DNA of 63,516 nucleotides, counting the filler, from Diploschistes diacapsis (lineage: Eukaryota), in NCBI GenBank assembly GCA_023645945.1. It is 25 parts of 25 records of this genome, joined end to end, with 100 filler letters (N's around TTAATTAATTAA, not from the genome) between each part and the next. Parts side by side here need not be neighbours in the genome. Positions count along the whole stretch, not along the records: positions 18,585 to 37,059 come from JALAIB010000414.1; positions 37,160 to 38,212 come from JALAIB010004140.1; positions 38,313 to 39,365 come from JALAIB010004141.1; positions 39,466 to 40,518 come from JALAIB010004142.1; 21 more parts are not named here. One strand, 5' to 3'. Made by a program: the position numbers and the translations under genes. The notes beneath the pieces were generated by a model that had not been told where the DNA came from, did not search any database, and was given only the letters and a program-made list of their open reading frames with translations. Positions 27,730-40,300 of the stretch are shown here, piece after piece. The first letter of the stretch is position 1; each line of letters starts with the position of its first letter.

Positions 27730-29664
27730 ATGGCTTTCCATCCCCTCCCGCGCAAGACAGATAAAGAAGGGAGTGTTGCCGGCAGTGAATCTCGAAATTT
27801 CTCACCTGGATCGCCTGTCTCTCCAATCTACGATGAGGAGCGCAACATCGATCTAGAAGCTCAAGGTACATTGACTTCTCTTGATCCAGCATCTCCCAAG
27901 CCTCCGCAATCCCCACATGCGCGAAGCCCCTCATTTAGAAGTCCTCGCAAACAAAATACTTTCGAATCGATTCCCAAGATAACTCGTTCAAGGACGGCGA
28001 AAGTATACCAACCGAAATTCAGAGGTCGATCATGGAAGCCTGGTCAAGAGCCTGGGATTGACCCCAGCTGGGTGCATCCAGCACGAGCACCAGTAGGATT
28101 GAAAAAAAGCTGTGAAATTACCGTGGTAGACTTCTCGCAAGATAACATGGAGGTCGCATATCTGGACAATGGCAATTTGAAAGAGTTCCTGGAAGATACG
28201 CCCAAACCTTCATATGCTACTTGCCGATGGATCTCCGTCAATGGGCTCTCGTGGGATGTTATAAGCCTATTAGGACGGACGAAGAACTTCCATCGCCTGG
28301 CTATCGAAGATATGCTAAACAGGAGAAACAGAACAAAAGCAGATTGGTACTCAGATCATACGTACAGTGGGTATCTTGGGAATGTGGAGGGAAAGTTGGT
28401 ACTGACGGATTGTAGTTGTTCTCCCCCTGCAAAAGCTCGTTCATACCCAAGGCAAAGGAGAGGATGATTCTGTTTCTGAGGCAAACTTACTCTCGCCAGG
28501 CCAGGATATCCCACTTCAACCCCGTCAGAAAATGCAGGTGCCCAGATGGCGCCGAGTGTTTGGTTTGGGAGGTCACAAAGGCAATGAATCCGGGCCAGCA
28601 AAACTGCCTTACGCGAATGGGATGAATGGAACAACCCGAGGATCCAAGATCCCAGCGGATGACGTCTCATACTTCCCTCCCGAAATCAGAACACTGCAGA
28701 GGTACCACGGCAGCGCCAACGAGGAGAGAACAGAGTACATGGAGGAAAATTCTGCCCTTCAGTCAAAACAGTTAGCAGTTAGCGTCGAGCAAGTTTCTAT
28801 TTTCCTAGTTTCAGATAACACCGTCGTTTCTTTTTTCGAGCAATCCGCAGAAGATATCGAAACACCCATCTTAAGCCGTTTAAGCAGCGGTGAAACCCTC
28901 CTCCGTCGCAGCAGTAATGCCTCAATGGTCGTGCAAGCCATTATTGACGCCATGGTTGATCTCGCTATGCCTGTCTGCGCCGCGTATCGCGACGCTATTG
29001 ACGAGCTTGAACTGAATGTCCTTACGGATCCAGCAATAAAGCATACTCGGTCGCTTTACATTATCGCGAGTGAAATATCCGCCTTTCGCGATACCATCTA
29101 TCCGGTGACGCAGCTTCTCAACGCCTTGCGCGACCACAAATCCAGCGATACTTACGCAGGGCCACGCACGCAAGAAAACAGAGCCGTAGTCATCAGCCCC
29201 TTGTCTTACGCCTATTTCGGTGACGTCGAAGACCACGTCGTCCTCATCACAGACAACATCGACCAGCAAAGGCGGTCCGTTGAGAACGTAAGTCCTACCT
29301 ACAACAACCTCCAGGTCCCCAGGCTAACTCTAGCCCTACCCAGATGATCGACCTCATCTTCAACACAATAGCCGCCTACCAAAATGAATCCATGAAGCAG
29401 CTCACCGTCGTCACCATCTTCTTCCTCCCCCTCACCTTCCTCACGGGCTACTTCGGCATGAACTTCGCCTACTTCGCCGGCGTGCAGTTCGAGTCCGACG
29501 CCTACTTCTGGCAGATCGCCGCGCCGCTGCTCTTCGTCGTCTCGCTGTGGCTGATGCGCGACTACATCTTCCAGGGGTACATGCAGAAGAAGGCCAAGTT
29601 CGGGATCGCGCAGAAGAGGAAGCGGCGGTTACAGCAGGACGGGCTATGGAAGAAGGCGAGATGA
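27730..29664 (+). CDS. CorA-family Mg2+/divalent cation transporter. Introns 28366-28415, 29288-29343
   Basis: [39 protein letters not shown], and [25 protein letters not shown] (GMN motif), followed by a second TM helix. Confidence 0.93.
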
Positions 29665-30344
29665 TGCAATATGCGGAGCTTAGCTGAAAGTGAAGGACAC
29701 CAAGATAATGGAAGAAGAGGATGGGGATATAACTGTCCATGGAGCGACCTCCCATCTATTCGAGTACATTATTTTGCTAGATACCCACGCATTGATTGAT
29801 TGGTCGATTTAGGGGAGCGCAGGGCCGCTAGCCTTCTTTCGCGCTTGCTCCTTTCATCTGACTAATCCTGGGGACATAGGAGAGTTGGGAGAAGCCGAGG
29901 AGACACGGCATGAGCAAGCCGTTGCCGATAGAGCTGAGGGAAACCCGGCTGCGATGTGATGCGCGCATGCCTTTTCTGGATTCGTGGACGGGCGCAGGCG
30001 AGATACTGCGGCGAGCATTGACGCGCATGCACTTCCAGGTCGGTGGATGAGCGCAGGAGGGATAATACGATGGGGATGCTTTTTCGAACGAGCGGGCCTC
30101 GTCCGGATCGGTTCGGAATGAGAGAAAAGTCAACATCGCTTCAAAGTTGCTTAGATGCCAGGTGATTGTTTGAGAAGTTTCAATAGTGCCAAGGTAAATC
30201 TTGATCTCCCTGCTAACAGCAGATTCGTACGGTACTCATCCCTCCTACCAGAGAACGGGTATGTACAAACCCGCCTTCAGCGCTATACAAAAACATCAAG
30301 AGAATAATAACCTTACGTGTTATGCACATAAGACGATACCCATC

Positions 30345-33300
30345 TTAAGCAACGCTCTCAACCTCCGCTGCCCTCGCCGCCTCTTTCCTGGCAACACCAG
30401 CCCTCCCCCTTTTCCACCCGTCCTTCTTAAAAGCTCTGTCATAATCGGTCCACTCTAGCGGAGTGCCTGAAGACGCCGGGATACGAGGCTCCCACGGAAA
30501 ATCTACCGGCTGTTCCCGTGATGACGAGCCCGTAGTATTGATTTTAATGTCAGTCGCACCGCCAGCCTTAGCCGCACTCTTCTTCCCCCTCGAATCCTTT
30601 TCCGCATTCCCAGTTCCTCTGTTCAAACCCTCATCCAGCCCCTGCGGCCCATCCCCATCCCCATTTGCATTCTTATCCGTCACACCAGCCCCACGCACGA
30701 CCTTCCTAGAAGAAGCGCTCGAGCCATCCAGCGCCCTAGCACTCATCCTCAGTACTTCTTTGACTACATCCTTCAGCTCCGCCTCGTCGCCAACAATCTG
30801 CGCCTTTAGGAACGCCAGGTCCCGCGGCGACGGCGCCGCGGGCAGCATGTCCGCCATGACGGGCCTGCGCGGTGTATAGGGCCACCTGTCGACATCAAGC
30901 GGATCCTTCGACACAATATCCTCATCCAGCGCCGCTTCCGCGCCCATTGCTAGCAGCGCGCGGATATCAAGGCTCTCACCCGGCGGAATCGCGCGCGTGT
31001 GCGAGGGCGTGACGCAGTCCATATCGACCTCCTTGCGGAGCACGGTGTCGATGTCGACGGCGCTGAAAAACGCGCAGGACTGCGGCAAATCATCAATACC
31101 GACCTGCTGCGCGAACATGGCGCGCGTCCAGAGGTTCGCAACCTGCAGGGCCATGGCGGCCCTGTAGCGGTCCGAAGAGGCGACAAGGTAGCGGATCTCG
31201 TCGTGTACGGTGATGGCCAGGCGGGCGTCGAGGTTGAAGCGTGAGATGAGGTATTCCATGCTGGTGATCAAGAGGTGCAGGTAATCGACCCCGCTAGATT
31301 GGATGGCCCAGTTGATGCGCGAGGTCATGAAGCCGCCTTTGTTAATGTAACGCCTCATTAGCGCCTCCGTGATACCTGCTCCTAAGACGGGCGTTCGCGG
31401 GCGCTCCTGTTCGGCGAAGGTTTCGAGGGTATTGAAGACAAGGGACTCGGTGCCGCCGCGCCAGAAGGAGGTCCCTGATAGTGCGCGACGGGACGTGCGA
31501 GAGCCTTTGGTTTCTTTGTAGAGGCGGGCTGCTATGTCTTGGGTTTGCTTCTCCGAGAGCGAGGGGTTGAATTGGCGGAGGAGAGTGGCGGCGAACTTCA
31601 ATCCGGCACCGTAAATGCGTCCGTAGTTGAAGACCTTGGCGTTGTTGCGCGAGATGCCTAAGATCTTGGCTGTTTTGGAGTGCAGATCCGTACCGGCGGC
31701 TTTGGTGCCCTCGAGCGTCATGAAGCCGATGGCGTTGCCGCCATGAAGCCGAAACTGGGCGTCACCCACGAGTGAGGCAATCCAGAGTTCTTGCGAGTCG
31801 ACATCTGCGCCGACAAAATGGTAGCCGGGGGGTGCTTTGATCATGGACTTGAGCTCGGAGCCGACGCGGTTCTTCTTGGCATTGGAGGCGGTGAGCCAGG
31901 TGTTTTCGACGGCTCGACGGGTGATGGTGCCCATAGGGATGATTTGGGGGAGCACATAGCCTTGTCGCTTGTCTTTTGAAACAGTGTCCATTCCCTCGGC
32001 CTCTCCTTGGTAGACTGCCATTTGGGACATGATGCGGTCCCTAGCACTAATCCAGTACGAACAAGAGGCATTCATTTCGAGAGCTTCTTTTGCGTAAGGA
32101 AATTCCGATGACAAAGTGCCGCTCTCAAAATATTGCAGGTAGCCCTTGGCGAGAGGGCTTGCGCATCTGGAAGTGGGCCCATCCTTATGCGGAAGCTTGA
32201 AGTATGTATGTGCTTTATCATCAAGCAGTTCCAGATTCTTTTCATCAGACATGTCGCAACGGACCACAGGCGTATCATCGTATTCCGATGCTGCCGACTT
32301 CTTGACTCTGAAGACCCAGCCATATTTGTCAGACCACACAAGAGGATTTCCGTCCCAAGCCAGTCGGAGTAGAATAGGTGCAATCCGTGTCCGCACCGTC
32401 AGATTCAGGTCTGAATTAGCCGTTAGGAAGAGGCCTTTGTACCATTTCGGCATCCCGGGAAGTTTTTGCCTAGCCGCAGGTCTTGGAGGGTCTCCTTTCT
32501 TCTTGCCTTTGACCATTTTGATCTCCTGCCCTGACCAATCCAGCTGCCGCAGCCATGGGTCGTTGCTACACTTTTCTACGTTGCTTTTGAGCTCCAGAGC
32601 AGATTGGCAGAGACTCGCAAGTCTTTGTTCCACATCCTTAGTGAGTTTCTGATACGTCGATTCAGCATTGTTGATGTACTCCTCCCAGGTATTGTTAATC
32701 GGCAAAATGACGGACGAAAGATGGCGAAGGGCTCCAAAGCTCACTGGATGCGGACACACTTCTACGAATCCTTTGAAGACCTTCTTATAAACCCGCTGCG
32801 TGATGGCCACATCTGCCGCACAGTAATCCAATAGATCGTCCAACTTTCCTCGAATCCCAGCGCGATCAAGCTCACCAAATACGTCTCTTTGCGTCTTGTC
32901 TATGGTGACATTGCAGTGAAATTTGGCAACATCACGAAGAGAATTGATAGAACTCCTGCCGACCCAAAGCTCTTCATCTTCTTCGCTAAGCATTTTGTTA
33001 TCTAACAGAGTTGTAAGTTCGTGCGAGCCGTTTCCATCGGTCATACGGTCCTGAATGTCTCGGTTCTTCATATGTTTCATCCATGTAGGGCGCTGTCTCG
33101 AACACATACCGTTCACGGCAACATGTAACGACATTGTGTCGAGGAAGAAGTTCTTAGACTGGTGGATATTGTATTCTTCCGCCACTCTAGCTCGATCGTA
33201 CCCCACATTATGTCCCACGATGATTCTTTGGCTTTCTGGATCACCGAGCGAAATGAGATGCTGGTCGTTATCCGACTCGCCCAGTAGCCATGGCGAAATC

Positions 33301-34007
33301 CAAGCATACCAAGCGGTAGGACTAGCAGCGCAAGCCATAACTGCGAAGGGGCTTTCTTTCCACATGACCTCAGTATCAAAAGTAAGCATCTCTTCATCTG
33401 GAGCTGTGACAACCTCTGCCCTTCCATCTGAGTAGTATTTCGTCCAGCCGCTTTGTTTAATCCATTGTTGGGGTGGCTGCGGCAGGTTCGTTCGGGCATA
33501 TTCGTGTGCGAAGCTTAGGTATGGTTCGGACGAAGCTCGTCCAAGTCGATAGAAATGCTCATCAAGAGTCTTGCCACATAATTTTGGAGCATCGAATGCT
33601 ATCGGCGTACTGCGATCATGGTTTTTACCTAGCAAATCATGCCTCTCCAGGTGATCTCTGCTGAGCTCAATAAGTTCGTGTGGAACAAGCCTGGCATTAT
33701 CTTTGAAAAGCTGTGGGTATAGCTGACTGCTAAGCTGCTGGACTCCAACCTCGTTGTAGCGAGCCTCAACAGCGGAAGAGTCGGTGCTTGGAGGAATTTC
33801 ATCCCAGGATGTATGATTGTCGCGGGTTCTTGTAGGCCTGGTTGATGTGGCCCCTCCAACTGCTTCCCCAGCATGACCTCGTGAGAAGTCGCGCGGGTAC
33901 AAGTATGGATATAGGTATGCGTGCCATCTTGAACTTCTGATATTCCGTGTGAGACAAGATGCAGAAAGAGTATCTGGAGACCTCCGCACGGTTGCAGCCC
34001 AGCGCAT
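30345..34007 (-). CDS. MIP1: Mitochondrial DNA polymerase gamma
   Basis: Exo I FDTE, Exo II GHNVGYDRAR, Exo III YCAADV; Pol A VGADVDSQELWIA, Pol B RNNAKVFNYGRIYGAG, Pol C TVHDEIRY. Single ORF. Confidence 0.97.
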   Translation of the reverse strand: MRWAATVRRSPDTLSASCLTRNIRSSRWHAYLYPYLYPRDFSRGHAGEAVGGATSTRPTRTRDNHTSWDEIPPSTDSSAVEARYNEVGVQQLSSQLYPQLFKDNARLVPHELIELSRDHLERHDLLGKNHDRSTPIAFDAPKLCGKTLDEHFYRLGRASSEPYLSFAHEYARTNLPQPPQQWIKQSGWTKYYSDGRAEVVTAPDEEMLTFDTEVMWKESPFAVMACAASPTAWYAWISPWLLGESDNDQHLISLGDPESQRIIVGHNVGYDRARVAEEYNIHQSKNFFLDTMSLHVAVNGMCSRQRPTWMKHMKNRDIQDRMTDGNGSHELTTLLDNKMLSEEDEELWVGRSSINSLRDVAKFHCNVTIDKTQRDVFGELDRAGIRGKLDDLLDYCAADVAITQRVYKKVFKGFVEVCPHPVSFGALRHLSSVILPINNTWEEYINNAESTYQKLTKDVEQRLASLCQSALELKSNVEKCSNDPWLRQLDWSGQEIKMVKGKKKGDPPRPAARQKLPGMPKWYKGLFLTANSDLNLTVRTRIAPILLRLAWDGNPLVWSDKYGWVFRVKKSAASEYDDTPVVRCDMSDEKNLELLDDKAHTYFKLPHKDGPTSRCASPLAKGYLQYFESGTLSSEFPYAKEALEMNASCSYWISARDRIMSQMAVYQGEAEGMDTVSKDKRQGYVLPQIIPMGTITRRAVENTWLTASNAKKNRVGSELKSMIKAPPGYHFVGADVDSQELWIASLVGDAQFRLHGGNAIGFMTLEGTKAAGTDLHSKTAKILGISRNNAKVFNYGRIYGAGLKFAATLLRQFNPSLSEKQTQDIAARLYKETKGSRTSRRALSGTSFWRGGTESLVFNTLETFAEQERPRTPVLGAGITEALMRRYINKGGFMTSRINWAIQSSGVDYLHLLITSMEYLISRFNLDARLAITVHDEIRYLVASSDRYRAAMALQVANLWTRAMFAQQVGIDDLPQSCAFFSAVDIDTVLRKEVDMDCVTPSHTRAIPPGESLDIRALLAMGAEAALDEDIVSKDPLDVDRWPYTPRRPVMADMLPAAPSPRDLAFLKAQIVGDEAELKDVVKEVLRMSARALDGSSASSRKVVRGAGVTDKNANGDGDGPQGLDEGLNRGTGNAEKDSRGKKSAAKAGGATDIKINTTGSSSREQPVDFPWEPRIPASSGTPLEWTDYDRAFKKDGWKRGRAGVARKEAARAAEVESVA

Positions 34008-34596
34008 CACTCACATTGTAATCAACCTGTTGAGCACGGAATTAAAGCCTTTGCGGGGGCTATGATCAACACCTTGAGCTTCAGTACGTATTGAAAAGGA
34101 GAAGCGAAGCTAAAGGTGTGCAGATCTCTTGAAGGCAAAAAATGGACGGGGGCCAATAGCCTGTTTGGGTGTAACGAATGATGATGATTGGGGATGTCGC
34201 ACCTACGTCGGAACCGAGATCTTCACTTCACACTTGGTAACGACAGTCGAGTCTCCTTTCCCCCTTTGCCGCAACAGATATCGTTCTACTGCTTTACTGT
34301 ACCTTAGACAGAAGTTCAGCTGTCCGCTGGGCCACTTGCGGTGCTTCAAGCTGTCCAGTTCTCTGTACAAGACTCTTTGTTCCTGCTGTTTTTTCTTCCA
34401 GACGTCTCAATTTGAACCCCAAAAGCCCATCTACCTAATCTGTATACTGTGGTATATCGTTATCTTAGCCTCTGAGCTTCAAGCCTGTATCTGCATACCG
34501 ACATCTAAGCACCAAACTGCCTTCGCTCCCTGTCGACGCTATATCCACAGTTCTATACGGTGACTCTTGCCTTCAGATTGTTTATTCACTACGGTG

Positions 34597-35573
34597 ATGC
34601 CGCTTGATTCCCCAGCAACCCTTCCCCGTTTTGTGAATCCTCAGCCCAGTTCGACGCGATTACCTCCTGTAACACACCTTCTGGCTATGAGCGATGCCGG
34701 ACAGAACAACCCTCTCCTTACATCAGCGGATCCGCTAGGAAGTCGACTCGACTCGAGCTACAACCCAGTATACGATGGTTTTATTGACCTAACTAACGAG
34801 TCCTCACCTCCACGACCTCTACAACTTTCAGAATCATCATTTTCCGACCCGGATATAGAAGACGAATCTATCTCATTTCTACAAGAGGAGTCTCCACGAG
34901 CAACCGACCTAGAGACGATGCCTCGGCTGCAGACCCCCTTACAACAAGAACCATCAAGAAAGAGGCGGCGTCTGAACAGTGAACGTGCTTCTCAGAGCAG
35001 GAGGATTTCGTCTCACCTACAAGATCAAAGACACACGGCCTCGGGCAATTTCATTACTCTCGACAGCCATACAAACGAGGACCATGAAGAAGTATTGGAT
35101 CTTACGGCAGTAGATGGCATAGAAGCTTTGAGCAAGGCTCAACAACAGCAAAAAGAAAGGCATTTCGCGCTTCAAGAGCAGCAGAATCAGTTGGTCAGGG
35201 ACTCCGTACAATCTCAAATATCAGAAAACAAAGGACCGTTCAAGCTAGGCCAGTTACAGTGTGTAATTTGCATGGATAATATGACCGATATGACCGCCAC
35301 CCACTGTGGTTAGTGTCTGCGCTCCTGATATCCTTTGAGACTACTTACCAACTGTTCCTAGGGCATCTATTCTGCCACACGTGCATCATGGAAGCCTTGA
35401 TTGCGGGAGAGAACCAGGCACCGGATGGCAGGGGGTTATCTAGGTGTCCATCTTGCAGGACAAAAGTGGTTCGAAACCATAAGATTGGAGCAGCGCCACA
35501 AATCATCCCACTGGCTCTAAAATTTACGAAAAAGAGCGAAAAGGCCAGAGGAAAGGAGAGGGCGGTGAGCTAG
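34597..35573 (+). CDS. C3HC4 RING protein with SUMO-interacting motifs (STUbL subunit, RNF4/Rfp/Slx8-like). Intron 35309-35361
   Basis: Spliced RING CVICMD..THCGHLFCHTC..CPSCR. SIM-like FIDLT, FITLD and VLDLT motifs with acidic flanks. Start ATG uncertain. Confidence 0.8.
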
Positions 35574-36238
35574 GACAGACAGATCGCTCCGAACGCAATC
35601 ATACCTTCATCACCTTCTCAATCTTTTCCTCACTTTGTGTGAAAGCTTTACAATACTATGAGAGGAGGTTTTGTGATACCCAGGCGCGCCGGTCTTAGCG
35701 TTATTCACGTCGTCTTCGCATCAGGTGCTCCATTCATAGATAAAATTGAATGCTTTGTGGCACTTGCCCTTCTACTATCATTACCAAATACATAAAGAAG
35801 TCGATGGTGCCGTAAAGAAAGACCTCTCGACGAACCTGCATTTGTGCTCACTAAGTGATTACTGTGCGCTTGTGGGCATACCTCTCTGTAATGTAATGGA
35901 GTGTTTTTTTGACACCAATTTGATTTCTCAGGATTGATTATTCATGACTTGTATTCTACCTCACTTGCAAGACTTCGTAACACTAAGATCAACATGATAC
36001 AGTCTATCTTCTTTGTAGAAGATACGTTTCCAAATACGATCCTTAGGCAGCAAAAGCAGATAAGTACTGCCTACAGTTATCAAAGGTCATACAGCATTGC
36101 ATGAAGTCGTGGAAAAGCCAGACCCATCCAGTTTCGAATTTCCTGGGTTAATTGCAACATCTTGACATTGTGTTTTATAGATTTCTTTCCGTCTCGAGTG
36201 GTCTCCTTTTTTTGTATTGTATCCCCCTCTTCTTCTCA

Positions 36239-37059
36239 ATGTCGGCTATTGTAGATGAAGGTAGGGTTCCTTTGATTTTAGAAAGTGCGGTGGTAGACAA
36301 GGGCATTGTTATCTTCTCCGGTGGAAGCGCGGCCAATAGCCTAGTGGATGTTTTCAACGAGATCAGGAAAAGAAGAAATTCGTCATTGAGCTATATTCTC
36401 CCGATCAGTGATAATGGTGGCTCTTCGTCCGAGCTCATCCGCGTATTTGGGGGTCCTGGGATAGGAGACATCAGGAGTAAGTGAAACCCCTTCGGAATCT
36501 CCCCCCTAAAACCCGTTCCAGGCCGTCTAGTCCGCCTCATCCCCCCCTCCCACCAGCACATTCACGCCCTGCTCAACCACCGCCTCCCCCCCTCCTCCAG
36601 CACCGCCCTGCACGACTGGCAATCCATCGTCTCCGGCGTCTCCCCCCTCTGGAACCCCATCGCGCCCGCCACGCGCGAGCTGCTACGGAGCATGCTGAAC
36701 CACGCCAACTTCGAGCTGCTGAAGCGCGCGCGCCCGCCGCACTCCACATTCAACTTCTCCTCCGCCTCGATCGGCAACCTCTTCCTGACGGGCACCCGCC
36801 TCTTCACGGGCTCCTTCGAGTCCGCGATCCACCTGCTGGGCCTGATCTGCGGCATCGACCCGCACGTCGCCGTCATTCCCGCCATCAACTCCAACTTCAC
36901 CCACCACATCTCCGCCGGCCTCGCGAACGGCGCCGTCATTGCCGGCCAGAACGCCATCTCGCATCCCTCGGCCCCTACCGCCGTGCCGGGCCGGAGCATC
37001 GAGCCTTTTCCTCCCGCCCCTGCCAGCTCCAGCAATACTGCCAACCCCTCAATCACCCC
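36239..37059 (+). CDS. UPF0052/CofD-like protein (YNL011C-type). Intron 36477-36521; 3' end cut by the contig end
   Basis: IVIFSGGSAAN..ISDNGGSSSELIRVFGGPGIGDIRSRLVRLIP; ASIGNLFLTGTRLFTGS; IAGQNAISHP. Confidence 0.88.
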
Positions 37060-37159
37060 NNNNNNNNNNNNNNNNNNNNNNNNNNNNNNNNNNNNNNNNN
37101 NNNTTAATTAATTAANNNNNNNNNNNNNNNNNNNNNNNNNNNNNNNNNNNNNNNNNNNN

Positions 37160-38212
37160 CGATATATCTTTATTAATAACGGATTGATGATAAGACAAAA
37201 AATATGTTCGTTTTAATAATCGATAAATAATAACAAATATATTATTGTAATCTTTCTTATCCGACGAAAAGTCTTTAAATTTTATTAATATATCTTACCA
37301 AGATCGGTTCGGGATAGGTAGAAACTTTAATAGTTTAAGAATCTTATCCCCCAACCTATAGTTTTTCTGATAGAGGTAATAATTCTATACGCAATGGATA
37401 ATATGTTCAGTTATTTTCGGTTAATAATATCGTTTGTTTAATAAGCCGAAGATCTTCATTTTTTTAATATACCGTCGTTATCGAGTCGTATGCTTCTCTA
37501 ATATTTAGAATCCGTAATTTTCTTTTTTAAGTATAATTAGGCTTCCGCGATAAATTAATAAATCCGTTTATAGGGTATACTTTCCATTCGCGTTAGGAGT
37601 CGTAATCGTAATTAACCTTTAATAGAGTTCTAGAGATTTCGTATTTTACCGATTTAGCGTGAGAATTCGATCAATTAGGAAGGTTCCGTTTAATTTGATT
37701 ACAAATTTAATAAATTCCGCTTCCGTTAGGTGCGCGAAGAAATCCGGTTTAAGCAATATTTACATCCTCGCTTGATCTTAAATCGATTTTTGGGTTTTTA
37801 AATCTTCGATTTTTTCAGTTAAAGTAACGGTTAGTATGTTTTTCATAATCGACGATTGATAATCGATTTTGAAGTTAAAAGCCGATAGTAGTTTATTTCA
37901 GCGAATTTATTTATATAATAACGTTTGTTTCGTGATAAACTAGATAAGTGTATCGTGGTTCATGATTATTTAAGTAAATTTCGTTTAAAGTTTTTTTCAT
38001 TCAATCCTTTATTTTTTGAATATTTAGGAAATTATTGGAAACTTTTTATCCTAAATGGGGTAATTTTATTCAGGCGCGGCTATCGTTTTTAAATAGTATA
38101 CTACCGGTAGCTAATCGTTTCTATATTTCTTTTAACATAACGCCCCCGAATATTCCGTTATTTAAATTTGATTTTAATCGGCCGTCTCGATATGAATCGC
38201 AATATTATAATA
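37160..38212 (-). mobile_element. RIP-degraded Ty3/Gypsy pol fragment (RNase H to integrase)
   Basis: Minus-strand translation IREAYDS..RYY*PKI..LPIPNRSW*DI..IFVIIYRLLKRTYF reverts by G>A/C>T changes to the integrase motifs EAHD/RYYWP/PLPIPDRPWQDI/VIIDRLSK. Confidence 0.8.
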
Positions 38213-38312
38213 NNNNNNNNNNNNNNNNNNNNNNNNNNNNNNNNNNNNNNNNNNNNTTAATTAATTAANNNNNNNNNNNNNNNNNNNNNNNNNNNNNNNN
38301 NNNNNNNNNNNN

Positions 38313-38622
38313 ATCGTAAAAAACGTAAATTAAATAAACGAATCGAATTAAAAGATCGTTTTATATTTAATATAAACGAAATTTTTAAAATAATAATTCG
38401 GGTTAAATCGAGTCGGATAATTTTAAAACCATTTATAACGCGTAAAAAACGTTGTCGTGATTTTAAAATCGAGGAAGATAAAGAGGAAGAAAATAGATTC
38501 GATTTTGATCGATTAGATTCTAATTGCGACGAATAGGTTATATCTAAAAACCGTAGAATGTTGGCGGTAGTGATTTGAGGTGGCCGGAATCTGGCGGTGG
38601 CCGGAATCCCCGTGAAACACGT
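38313..38622 (+). mobile_element. Fot1/pogo-like DNA transposon family A, 3' end with TIR
   Basis: Transposase C-terminus ..KNRRMLAVVI* runs into GGTGGCCGGAATCTGGCGGTGGCCGGAATCCCCGTGAAACACGT, followed by TA. Confidence 0.85.
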
Positions 38623-38899
38623 TACCGTTATTTACGCTGCTGAATTTAATCGAAACCCTCGATAACTATCGAGAATTCAACTATACCTATTGTTAAACCT
38701 GCTCGATGTTCTTCGATAATCATCGAAAGTTCGATTGAACTAGGCTGAACCTATTCGATCAAAAAAAGGGTAATAAAATAAAGAATAAGTTATTTAATAA
38801 ACGGGTTATTTACTTCGTACGAAGCTATTAATCTATTAAAACTGGCCTAGGTCAAAAGATTTAGTTAAATTAGATATATTAGACGATTCCGTTTGAAGG

Positions 38900-39138
38900 G
38901 GAGTATTGAACGGATAGATAGAAGGTATGGCAGGCTCGACCCAATTCCGGAGGGTTCAGATCAGGTGAATTAGGAAGTTCAGTTAACTGAACTTCCCCCC
39001 TGAACCTGCTGGGATTCTGGCTAGACCGGTTAGGGCAGTAAGGCTTAGCGCACACCGTGGAGGATAAAAGTCTGTATAGTAGGATGCTTCCTAGGATAAG
39101 ACCTCTAGACTTCAATATATCTATTACGTTGCCAAACA
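38900..39138 (-). repeat. Probable LTR, family E (begins TGTTTGGCAACG); related copies at ~48960-49171 (-), 49445-49615 (+), ~61943-62130 (+)
   Basis: Shared ..AAGACCTCTAGACTTCAAT..ATTACGTTGCCAAACA end with different flanks; TG terminus. The far end could not be placed. Confidence 0.6.
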
Positions 39139-39465
39139 GTTCTATATAATAGCATTTAGATTATAATAGACAAATTTAATAATAAATTATATTATATATC
39201 TTTTAAAGAAGATTATAACGTAAAAACATTATATTACATATGGATGGATCGAGTTGTGAGAATTTATAAACATTTAAAAAAGATTATTAATGATAAAAAC
39301 AATTTCTTTACTTCGGAATATTAAAAAATTATAATAGTATAAACACAAGGCGCGCTGTCTAGGGANNNNNNNNNNNNNNNNNNNNNNNNNNNNNNNNNNN
39401 NNNNNNNNNTTAATTAATTAANNNNNNNNNNNNNNNNNNNNNNNNNNNNNNNNNNNNNNNNNNNN

Positions 39466-40300
39466 GGTTTAGGTTCAGATTTTGAACTTTCTGAATTTTT
39501 ATCGTCTGAACTTTCTGCATTATAGGCGCGTTTATTCTTGCCTTTCTTGTCGCGGATATTTCGGGATTCTTTTTTTTCTCCCGTTTCTTGTCTTTTGCTG
39601 CGATGATTATTTGCCTGAATTCTTTAGCGAGTTTGTACTGTATTGCGCGATGATTATTGTTTTTATAAAATAAACATCCTTTTATTAGGTTAGAATGGCG
39701 GCGTCGTTTTTCGTCGGATCGTCTTTGGGAGCGGGAGCCTTTAAGGTATTATGATTTTGTAACGCCCAAAGGTGCGCCCTGGGGTTCAGGTCCCCCTGCT
39801 GCCACAGCCACGCACCTACATATAGTGTAATAGGGAAACAGTGCTTCGGGGTTCCTGAAAGCATTGTGTTAGTCTTTTGGTTCAGTGGGATAGCGCTACC
39901 CTATTAGGCACTACCCCCGCTGTTACAGATTTATTATAACGTAGGAAATATGCTGCAATCTTTTCTATTAGTTTATCTTATTTATCGATAAGCCTGTTAA
40001 GCTATCTATCGAAGTCGATATTGACGGATGAAATATTATCGATTTACGTGTTAATAACGTCGATAATGATTCCGTAATTAAGCGGTAATGCCGTAAATAA
40101 TTATTAAAAAGGAACCTTTAAGGCGTACTCGATTCGTTTATACGACAGTTTCTTTAAAAGTTTTATTAAATATATTGATATTTTTTAAATAGTCGTGCCT
40201 TTTTTAAGTTTATAATTAGCGAATTTAAGGTTCAGTTAACGACGTTTAGGTTTAGTAATCGCCTAGTAGTTTATTTATAGAAAATCTTATCTAGCTTTCG
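39466..40300 (-). mobile_element. RIP-degraded Ty1/Copia gag-like fragment, interrupted by a solo LTR; second copy at 42923-43650
   Basis: Minus-strand KRR*LNLKFANYKLKKGTTI..LFTALPLNYGIIIDVI resembles Copia gag (UBN2-type). Near-collinear copy in the 42923 contig. Confidence 0.6.
39758..39927. mobile_element. Complete 170-bp solo LTR (family G) with 5-bp TSD GATTT
   Basis: TGTAAC...GTTACA ends; GATTT at 39753-39757 and 39928-39932. Inverted partial copy at 47859-47983. Confidence 0.9.

Noticed and set aside
37060..37160. Euchromatin/heterochromatin or centromere boundary
   Set aside because: The transition coincides with a linker between unrelated contigs.
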